Shown here one piece after another: positions 56,291-64,000 of a stretch of DNA of 64,000 nucleotides (position 1 is the stretch's first letter; each line of letters begins with the position of its first letter). The notes under the pieces are model-generated. The model was not told the origin of the DNA, did not search any database, and saw only the letters and a program-made list of their open reading frames with translations. The position numbers and the translations under genes were made by a program. This DNA comes from an uncultured Gemmatimonadales bacterium (GTDB taxonomy: Bacteria; Gemmatimonadota; Gemmatimonadetes; Longimicrobiales; RSA9), in the NCBI GenBank assembly GCA_963816355.1, contig CAWFKH010000003.1, forward strand, positions 1 to 64,000. Direction: 5' to 3'.

Positions 56291-57613
56291 ATGGCGAACG
56301 CGACGGACCTGATGGAGAAGCTGGTGTCCCTGTGCAAGCGCCGGGGATACGTGTACCAGTCTTCGGAGATCTACGGCGGCACCGGGTCGGTGTGGGATTA
56401 CGGTCCGCTCGGGGTCGAGTTGAAGCGCAACATCCAGGAAGCGTGGTGGCGTGCGATGGTGCACGAGCGGGACGACGTCGAGGGTCTGGACGCGGCGATC
56501 CTGATGCATCCGCGGGTGTGGGAGGCGAGCGGCCACGTCGCCGGGTTCACCGATCCGTTGGTCGAGTGCGGCAACTGCCACCGCCGCTTCCGCGCGGACC
56601 GGCCGGAGCTGGCGGATGGCCAGTGCCCGGTGTGCGGGGCGCGCGATTCGCTCACCGAGCCGCGTCTCTTCAACCTGATGTTCAGGACGTTCATGGGTGC
56701 GGTCGAGGACGACGCGGCGGTCGTCTACCTGCGTCCCGAGACGGCGCAGGGCAGCTACGTCAACTTCCAGAACGTGCTGACCAGCAGCCGCCAGCGCATC
56801 CCGTTCGGCATCGCGCAGGTGGGCAAGGCGTTCCGCAACGAGATCACGCCAGGCAACTTCGTGTTCCGCACGCGCGAGTTCGAGCAGATGGAGATGCAGT
56901 TCTTCGTCGAGCCGGGCAGCGACGACGAGTGGTTCGAGTACTGGAAAGCCGCGCGCATGGAGTGGCACACGCGGCTCGGCATCGATGCGGCGAAGCTGCG
57001 CTTCCACGAGCACGGGCCGGACGAGCTCGCGCACTACGCGAAGCGCGCCTTCGACATCCAGTACGCGTTCCCGTTCGGCTGGCAGGAGTTCGAGGGGATC
57101 CACAACCGTACGGACTTCGACCTGCGGCGCCACCAGGAGTACTCCGGCAAGAAGCTGGAGTACGTCGACCCGGTCGAGCGCGACAAGCGCTACATCCCCT
57201 ACGTCATCGAGACCGCCGTGGGCCTCGGTCGCGCTTTCCTCGTCGTGCTCGCCGACGCGTACCGTGAGGAGGAGATCGAGGGCGACACGCGCGTGGTGCT
57301 TCGGCTCCACCCACGGCTCGCGCCCACGAAGGTGGCGGTCTTCCCGCTCGTGAAGAAGGACGGCATGCCGGAGGTGGCGCGTCGCATCCACGACGGCTTC
57401 CGCGCTGCCGCGATCCCCTCCTTCTACGACGACGGCGGCTCCATCGGCAAGCGCTACCGCCGTCAGGACGAGGCGGGCACGCCGTTCTGCATCACGGTCG
57501 ACGGCGATACCGCGGGTGAGGAGACGGTCACCGTTCGGGATCGCGACACGCTGGCGCAGGAGCGCATCGCCATCGGGCGGCTCGTCGAGTACCTGAGGGC
57601 GAAGATCGAGTAG
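56291..57613 (+). CDS. glyQS: Glycine--tRNA ligase (homodimeric type)
   Basis: SLCKRRG, YLRPETAQG, FRNEITP, FRTREFEQME, IGKRYRRQDE. Confidence 0.96.
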   Translation: MANATDLMEKLVSLCKRRGYVYQSSEIYGGTGSVWDYGPLGVELKRNIQEAWWRAMVHERDDVEGLDAAILMHPRVWEASGHVAGFTDPLVECGNCHRRFRADRPELADGQCPVCGARDSLTEPRLFNLMFRTFMGAVEDDAAVVYLRPETAQGSYVNFQNVLTSSRQRIPFGIAQVGKAFRNEITPGNFVFRTREFEQMEMQFFVEPGSDDEWFEYWKAARMEWHTRLGIDAAKLRFHEHGPDELAHYAKRAFDIQYAFPFGWQEFEGIHNRTDFDLRRHQEYSGKKLEYVDPVERDKRYIPYVIETAVGLGRAFLVVLADAYREEEIEGDTRVVLRLHPRLAPTKVAVFPLVKKDGMPEVARRIHDGFRAAAIPSFYDDGGSIGKRYRRQDEAGTPFCITVDGDTAGEETVTVRDRDTLAQERIAIGRLVEYLRAKIE

Positions 57614-57654
57614 CAGGTCGCCGACCTGACACGCAACGACCCACCCGGAAAGCC

Positions 57655-59142
57655 ATGACTGCACGCGAGGACGCCGGCGCCGCGAGCGAGACGTTCACCA
57701 GCCGCTGGGGCATGATGGCGGCGATGCTCGGCATGGCGGTCGGCACCGGCAACATCTGGCGCTTCCCGCGCATCGCGGCCTCCAACGGGGGCGGCTCCTT
57801 CCTCGTCGCGTGGGTGATCTTCCTCCTCGCCTGGTCGGTGCCGCTGATCATCGTCGAGTTCGCGATGGGGAAGGAGACCCGCTACGGCGCGGTCGGCGCG
57901 TTCAGCCGCCTCGTCGGCCCCCGCTTCGCGTGGATGGGCGCCTGGGTCGCCTTCACTGCCAGCGCGATCATGTTCTACTACACGGTCGTAATGGGCTGGA
58001 CGCTGCGCTACCTGTGGGCCGCGCTGACCGGCGAGCTGCCGGGCGCCGAGCCCGGCGCGGTGTGGCAGGCGTTCGCCTACACGCCGCACGTCCTCATCTA
58101 CCACGCGATCGCGATGGCGCTCGCCGTGTGGGTCGTCGCTCGGGGCGTGAAGGGGATCGAGAGCGCGGCCCGCATCCTGATCCCGAGCCTCTTCGTGCTC
58201 GTCGTCATCCTCGCCATCCGCGCGGTGACGCTGCCCGGCGCGGCGCGCGGGCTGAACTTCCTCTTCACGCCGTCGTGGAGCGCGCTGAAGGACTATCACA
58301 TCTGGCTGCAGGCGCTGACGCAGAACGCGTGGGACACCGGCGCCGGCTGGGGTCTGATCCTCACGTACGCGCTCTACATGCGGAAGCGGGAGGACACGGC
58401 GCTGAACTCCTTCATGCTCGGCTTCGGCAACAACACCGTATCGCTGCTCGCCGGCATCATGGTGCTGTGCACCGTGTTCTCGATCATGCCGGACGCACGC
58501 GACCAGATCGTGGGCGCGAGCAACGAGGGCCTCACCTTCATCTGGGTGCCGCAGCTCTTCGCCCGCATGCCCGCCGGCCGCTTCTTCATGATCCTCTTCT
58601 TCCTCGCGCTCGTCTTCGCCGCCTGGACCAGCCTCATCTCCATGATCGAGCTGGCGACGCGCGTGCTGCAGGACGGCGGCATGGCGCGGCGCCGCGCGAT
58701 CTGGCTCGTCGGCGGCTTCGGCTTCCTGCTCGGCGTCCCCTCCGCGCTCTCCCAGAACGTCTTCGCCGACCAGGACTTCGTGTGGGGCGTCGGCCTCATG
58801 GTGTCCGGCCTCTTCTTCGCCTTCGCCGTGCTGCGCTACGGCGTGCGCCGATTCCGCGAGCAGCTCGTCAACACCGCCGATTCCGACATCCGCATCGGCG
58901 TGTGGTGGGAATGGGCCATCCGGCTCGTCGTCGTCGAGGCGATCGTGCTGATCGTCTGGTGGATCGCCCAGATGCGGAAGGAGCCGCTCTTCGGCACATA
59001 CGGTATCGGCACCACCCTCGCCCAGTTCGCCGTCGCCCTCGCCTTCTTCCTCCTCGCCAACGGTTGGATGGTCCGACGCACGCATCCGGAGCACGAGCGT
59101 GAGACCGCGCCGGCGGGGCACATGCCGCCATCGATCCCGTAG
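57655..59142 (+). CDS. Sodium-dependent transporter (SNF/NSS family)
   Basis: AVGTGNIWRFP, NGGGSF; multiple TM helices. Confidence 0.92.
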   Translation: MTAREDAGAASETFTSRWGMMAAMLGMAVGTGNIWRFPRIAASNGGGSFLVAWVIFLLAWSVPLIIVEFAMGKETRYGAVGAFSRLVGPRFAWMGAWVAFTASAIMFYYTVVMGWTLRYLWAALTGELPGAEPGAVWQAFAYTPHVLIYHAIAMALAVWVVARGVKGIESAARILIPSLFVLVVILAIRAVTLPGAARGLNFLFTPSWSALKDYHIWLQALTQNAWDTGAGWGLILTYALYMRKREDTALNSFMLGFGNNTVSLLAGIMVLCTVFSIMPDARDQIVGASNEGLTFIWVPQLFARMPAGRFFMILFFLALVFAAWTSLISMIELATRVLQDGGMARRRAIWLVGGFGFLLGVPSALSQNVFADQDFVWGVGLMVSGLFFAFAVLRYGVRRFREQLVNTADSDIRIGVWWEWAIRLVVVEAIVLIVWWIAQMRKEPLFGTYGIGTTLAQFAVALAFFLLANGWMVRRTHPEHERETAPAGHMPPSIP

Positions 59143-59164
59143 CGACTCCTACCGGCGCGCGGTG

Positions 59165-60391
59165 ATGGCGACCCACCGGCGAGCGGCGGCGGCGATCGAC
59201 CCTCTCCGCGCGGCGCTCGCTCTCGCCCTTGCGGCCGCGCTCGGCGCCTGCGCCGGCGCGCCCGCCCGCGCCCCGGCGGGCACCGACGGCGTCGCCGGCG
59301 TCGCGCCCGGCGCCGCCGCGCCCAGCGCCGCCGCGGCGGGCGAGCCGCCCGCCTACCGCGCGCTCGTCGTCAACCAGGCGTCCGACGTGGTGACGCGGAT
59401 CGGCTTCACTCCAGGCGGGGGTGCGAGCGCGCTCGGGGATCTGCCGATCGGCGAGCGTCGGGACGAGATCGAGGCGGCGCACGGTCTGCGCACCGCGCCG
59501 GACGGCCGCTACTGGTACGTCGCCATCTCCCACGGCAAGCCGAACGGCCGCGTCTGGAAGATGGATGCGCGTTCGGACACGCTGCTCGGCGCCGCGCAGG
59601 TCGGCGTCTTCCCCGGCGCGATGGCGGTAAGCCGCGACGGCCGCTTCCTCTTCGTCACGAACATGAACATCGACGGGCCGCCGCGGCCGGCGCCGGTGTC
59701 CGTCGTGTTCACTTCCAGCATGACCGAGGTGGCGCGGGTGGCCGCGTGCGTGCTCCCGGCCGGGAACCGGCTGAACGAGTCCGGCACACGGGACTACACG
59801 GTTTGCGCCGGCTCCGACCAGCTCGTCGAGATCGACGCCCGCCGCCGCCGTGTGAGCGCGCGCTTCTCGCTGGAGCCGGGCGCCGAGCGGCGCCTTGCGG
59901 ACACGCTGGTCGACGCGCCCGCGCGGAGCATCGACCTGCGCGAGGCCGCGTGCTCGCCCGGCTGGGTCACGCCGGGTCGGGGCGCGCGCGCGAACCGCGT
60001 CGTATACGTCGCGTGCGGCGGCGCCGGCACGCTCGACGAGGTCGACGTGCGGCAATGGCGCCTCGTCCGGCGCATCGCGCTCGACGCTTCTCCGGCCGGC
60101 ATGGCCGCGACGCCGGACGGCAAGCTGCTGCTCGTGGCGCTGCGCGATGCGGCGGCGGTGGCGGTCGTGGACCTGGACGCGGGCCGGGTGCGCGCCCGGA
60201 TCCCGACCTCCGCGCCGGTGCCCCACGGGATCGTCGTCACGCGCGACGGCCGCTTCGCCTTCGTCAGCGACGAGGGGCAGGGCAGCGGCCGCGGCGCCGT
60301 GGACGTCCTCGACCTGTCCACGCTGCGGCGCGTCGCCTCCGTCGAGGTCCGCTTCCAGCCGGGGCCGATCGACGTATGGGGCGCTCGCTGA
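59165..60391 (+). CDS. YncE/YVTN-type beta-propeller lipoprotein
   Basis: Lipobox LGAC; AHG..APDG, SRDG, TPDG, PHGIVVTRDG repeats. Confidence 0.8.
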   Translation: MATHRRAAAAIDPLRAALALALAAALGACAGAPARAPAGTDGVAGVAPGAAAPSAAAAGEPPAYRALVVNQASDVVTRIGFTPGGGASALGDLPIGERRDEIEAAHGLRTAPDGRYWYVAISHGKPNGRVWKMDARSDTLLGAAQVGVFPGAMAVSRDGRFLFVTNMNIDGPPRPAPVSVVFTSSMTEVARVAACVLPAGNRLNESGTRDYTVCAGSDQLVEIDARRRRVSARFSLEPGAERRLADTLVDAPARSIDLREAACSPGWVTPGRGARANRVVYVACGGAGTLDEVDVRQWRLVRRIALDASPAGMAATPDGKLLLVALRDAAAVAVVDLDAGRVRARIPTSAPVPHGIVVTRDGRFAFVSDEGQGSGRGAVDVLDLSTLRRVASVEVRFQPGPIDVWGAR

Positions 60392-60413
60392 GCCGGCGCG
60401 TGCTGCGCCGCCG

Positions 60414-61160
60414 GTGAAGTACGCGGCGTTCGAGCGCCTGTCGCGCCGGCTGTGGCGCGAGATCCCGGCCGCGTACCGCGAAGGTGTCGACGGCGTCGTC
60501 GTCCGCGATGCGGCGCTTCCCCACCCGGATCGCGCCGACGTCTACACGCTCGGCGAGTGCCTGACCGAGTCGTATCCCTCCGACTACGAGGGGCCGGAGA
60601 CGGTGCGCTCGACCCTCGTCCTCTACTACGGCTCCTTCGCGCGGCTGGCGCGGCTCGATCCGGATTTCGACTGGGAGGAGGAGCTGTGGGAGACGCTCAC
60701 CCACGAGCTGCACCACCACCTCGAGTCGCTCGCGGACGAGGCGGCGCTCGAGGCCGCCGACTACGCCGCCGAAGAGCAGTTCAAGCGCCTCGAGGGCAAG
60801 CCGTTCGATCCCTTCTACTACCGCTCCGGCCTCCTCGCCGCGCCCGGCGTCCGCCGCGTCGACCACGACTTCTTCCGCGAGATCGTCTACCGCGCGGGCG
60901 AGCTGCGGCCGGGCGGCTCGCTGCGTTTCGACTGGCGCGGCGAGCGCTGGGCGGTGCCGCTCCCGGATCCGCTCGGCGACGTCGCCTATCTGCGCGTCCT
61001 GCGCGGTCCCGAGACCGGCCCGGGCGAGCTGTGCGTCGTACTCGCGCGGCGGCGCGGCGCATGGGAGACGGTGCGCTCCCTCTTCCGCCGCCGTCCCGTT
61101 GTCGTGGTGCAGGCCGACGTCGATGCGCGGGCGGTGGACGCGGCACCGGACGCGGGATAG
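60414..61160 (+). CDS. Zincin-like metallopeptidase domain protein
   Basis: LYYGSF, WETLTHELHHHLE (HExxH); GTG start inferred. Confidence 0.75.
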   Translation: MKYAAFERLSRRLWREIPAAYREGVDGVVVRDAALPHPDRADVYTLGECLTESYPSDYEGPETVRSTLVLYYGSFARLARLDPDFDWEEELWETLTHELHHHLESLADEAALEAADYAAEEQFKRLEGKPFDPFYYRSGLLAAPGVRRVDHDFFREIVYRAGELRPGGSLRFDWRGERWAVPLPDPLGDVAYLRVLRGPETGPGELCVVLARRRGAWETVRSLFRRRPVVVVQADVDARAVDAAPDAG

Positions 61161-61168
61161 CTTCACGC

Positions 61169-62029
61169 ATGCCGCAGAACGAGGGTGCACCGGCTTCCTC
61201 CGAAGGTCCCCGTCCGACCCCCTACGAGCTCGCCTTGGCCGCCGCGGGCGTCGAGGACGATGTCTTCCCCGCGATCGTCGAGGAGGCGGGCACCCGCGAC
61301 GTCGACGCGCGCGATCCGGAGCGCTTCATCCTGCTCGGCTCCGTCGGCGCGGTGCTGCGCGAGCTGCTGGCGCCCGCGCCCGATGCCGCCGCCCCCACGC
61401 CGGCGGGCGAGCTGCTCGGAGAAGCCGCGCGCCTGCTCTACCACGGCTACCATTTCTGGCGCGCCGGCCGCCCGTTCTTCGTGGTCGACGCGGACGTCGT
61501 GCGGTCGGCCGTGGCGCAGCCGCCCTCGATCGGGGCGTGGCACCTGGACCTGCCCGCCGACGCGGGCTACCTCCAGCTCCCGCGCCACCTCATCTGGGCG
61601 CGCGCCGTCGAGGGCGCCGCGCCGGAGGCGGTGGACGGCTTCTTCTGGACCGTGCGCGAGCGCGACGACGGCGATGTCCGCGCCCTCGACGTGCTCCTCG
61701 TGCTGGGCATGCGGCCCGGCCGTCCCGGCTTCAGCGTGGTCGACGTCGCGGGCCGCCTGCCGCCCGGCGGCGCCGCCGGCTGGGCCGCGTCGCGCGCCCG
61801 CGCCGAGGGCGGCGATTTCGCCAACATCCTGCCGGGCGGAGAGATCGACGGGCTGCTCGCGCTCACCACCTCCGAGGAGGTGCTCAAGCTCGCCGAGATC
61901 CTCTTCTGGATCGCCGCGCACCAGCCGTCCGCCACGGCTCCGGCGGTGGAGCCGGCCGCGGCCGCCGCTCCGGACAATCCTTCCACGCTCCCGGCTCGGC
62001 GGATCCATCCGCCGGACGCCGGTGGATAG
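61169..62029 (+). CDS. Hypothetical protein
   Basis: Coding-like GC3 bias, globular composition (GYLQLPRHLIW, FANILPGGE), packed between neighbours. Confidence 0.75.
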   Translation: MPQNEGAPASSEGPRPTPYELALAAAGVEDDVFPAIVEEAGTRDVDARDPERFILLGSVGAVLRELLAPAPDAAAPTPAGELLGEAARLLYHGYHFWRAGRPFFVVDADVVRSAVAQPPSIGAWHLDLPADAGYLQLPRHLIWARAVEGAAPEAVDGFFWTVRERDDGDVRALDVLLVLGMRPGRPGFSVVDVAGRLPPGGAAGWAASRARAEGGDFANILPGGEIDGLLALTTSEEVLKLAEILFWIAAHQPSATAPAVEPAAAAAPDNPSTLPARRIHPPDAGG

Positions 62030-63789
62030 GCACGCGGTCGCGCTCGTGCTCGACGAGATCGCGACGCTGATGGAGCTGCTCGGCGAGAACCGCTACAAGG
62101 CCCGCGCGTTCGCCGCCGCGGCGCGCACCGTCGACGCGCTCGAAACGGACTTCGACGATCTCGTCCGCGCCGGCGCGCTCGTGGACGTCCCGGGGCTCGG
62201 CCCCGCGACCGCGCGCGCCGCCCGCGAAGTCGTCGAAACCGGCGATTCGACGCTCCACCGCGAGCTCCGGCGCCGCACGCCGGACGCGCTCCTCGACCTG
62301 CTCGCGGTGCCGGGCCTCGGCGCCGCGCGCATCCACCGGCTGCACGCCGAGCTCGGCGTCGAGAACCTCGCCGACCTCGAGGCCGCCGCACGCGACGGCC
62401 GCATCGCGGACCTCGCCGGATTCGGTCCCAGAACGCAGGCGACGATCCTCGCCGGGATCGGCTTCGTCCACTCCAGCGCCGGACGCCGCCGCCAGCCCGC
62501 GGCCTTCGCGGCCGCAGCGCGCCTCGTCGGCTATCTCGAGGGGACCGGCGTGGCCGCGCGGGTGAGGCTCGCCGGCGAGGCGCGGCGCCGCTGCGAGACC
62601 GTCGACGGCATCGACGTCGTCGTGGAATGCGACGACGCGGCCGCGGCGATCGACGCCTTCCTCCGCCTCCCCGGCCTGGCTCCGGTACGGACGCCCGTCG
62701 GCTCCGGCGAGGACGCGGCGGCGCCGGCGGCCGAGCCATCCCCGGCCGCGGCCGGGCGCCTCGCCGACGGCCTGACGCTCCGCGTCCGCTGCGCTCCGCC
62801 GGACGCGTTCGGCGCGGCGTGGCTCGCTGCGACCGGCTCCCCCCGTCACACCGGCGCGCTGCGGCGGCGCGCGGCGGAGCGCGGGCTCGACCTCCGCCCC
62901 GATGGGCTGTGGCGCGGCGAGCAGCGGGTGGCGGGTGCGGAAGAGGTGGAGATCTACGGCGCGCTCGGCCTCGATCTCGTGCCGCCGGAGCTGCGCGAGG
63001 ACGGCCGCGAAATCGACGTCGCGGCGCACCGCGCGCTGCCGCGCCTGATCGAGGACGCCGACCTCCGCGGCTGCTTCCACTGCCACACCACATTCAGCGA
63101 CGGCCGCGCGACGCCGGAGCAGATGGCGGAGGCGGCGTTCGCACGCGGCTGGCGCTACCTCGGGATCGCCGACCACTCCCGCGCCGCCGCCTACGCGGGT
63201 GGACTCGAGCCGGAGGACGTGCTGCGCCAGCACGCCGCGATCGACGCGTGGAACGAGCGGCGCGGCGACGACTTGTGGCTCTTCAAGGGCGTCGAGGCCG
63301 ACATCCTCGCCGATGGCTGCCTCGACTACGCCGACGTCCCCGGCCTCCTCGACCGTTTCGACTACGTCGTCGCTTCCGTCCACTCCGGCTTCCGCGCCGA
63401 CCGGTGCGGCGATGACGCGCCGCCTCCTCAACGCGCTCGACGACCCCCACGTCACCTTCCTCGGCCATCCCACCGGCCGGCTCCTCCTGCGCCGCGAGGG
63501 GTACCCGCTCGACCTGGAAGCCGTCCTCGATCGCGCCGCCGAGCGCGGCGTCGCGATCGAGATCAACGCCAGTCCGAATCGTCTCGACCTCGACTGGCGT
63601 CACTGGCCTGCCGCGACGGCGCGCGGCATCCCCGCCGCCATCAACCCCGACGCCCACTCCGTGGCCGGCCTCGACGACGTGGCCTACGGCGTCGGCGTCG
63701 CCCGCAAGGGATGGCTGCGCGCCGCCGACGTCGTCAACTGCTGGGCGCTCGGGGACGTGAGCGCCTTCTTCCGCGAAAGAGGGAGCTGA
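62022..63789 (+). CDS. polX: PolX/PHP family protein, non-canonical polymerase site, one +1 frameshift at ~63403
   Basis: GENRYKARAF, HhH motifs (VPGLG), TGS, PHP motifs HCHT..SDG, DHS, GHPTGR, EINA, PDAH; span 1768 nt = 589 codons + 1. Confidence 0.88.
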
Positions 63790-63795
63790 ACGGGA

Positions 63796-64000
63796 ATGGC
63801 GAAGGCCCGAGGCACGGCGAAGAAGATGGACGCGAAGCGGGCCGCGGGCGGTGCGAAGCGGTCCGCAGGCGGTGCGAAGCGGGCCGCAGGCGAGCCGCCG
63901 CGCCGCCGGCGCGAGTCGAAGCAAGCGAAGCGCGAGCGCACGCTGGAGATCCTGCGGCGGCTCCACGCGGAGTACCCGGATGCGACGTGTTCGCTCGAGC
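63796..64000 (+). CDS. nth: Endonuclease III, partial 5' end
   Basis: ILRRLHAEYPDATCSL matches the typical Nth N-terminus; truncated by window edge. Confidence 0.7.
   Translation, partial: MAKARGTAKKMDAKRAAGGAKRSAGGAKRAAGEPPRRRRESKQAKRERTLEILRRLHAEYPDATCSLE

Overview
A very GC-rich, gene-dense bacterial chromosomal segment; gene content and style suggest Gemmatimonadota (inference only). The core is a minus-strand respiratory block (13.2-25.9 kb): a complete alternative complex III (actABCDEFG), SCO and an A2-type caa3 oxidase. A co-oriented four-gene unit follows it: ASRT-family protein, PoxB-like TPP enzyme (two +1 frameshifts at the same 8-mer), enolase-superfamily enzyme, and a tail-anchored FAD/Fe-S oxidoreductase. 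This unit plus the respiratory block is my best candidate for an under-described system. Around it are stress genes (USP, CBS, DUF421, VOC/MarR, hydrolase), a ClC transporter with an atypical filter motif, two Tat amidase paralogues, secreted peptidases, two aconitases, an acyl-CoA oxidase, Mn-SOD, two orphan histidine kinases, tRNA-Ala, mscL, glyQS, and a zincin/hypothetical/non-canonical PolX/nth run. Intergenic regions hold two repeat families: a duplicated, highly structured ~110-bp element with terminal inverted repeats, and REP-like GCGAG-ggaag-CTCGC clusters. I found no CRISPR array, integrase or transposase. Most long ORFs in the track are GC-driven shadow frames. All calls come from manual motif recognition; no database searches were run.
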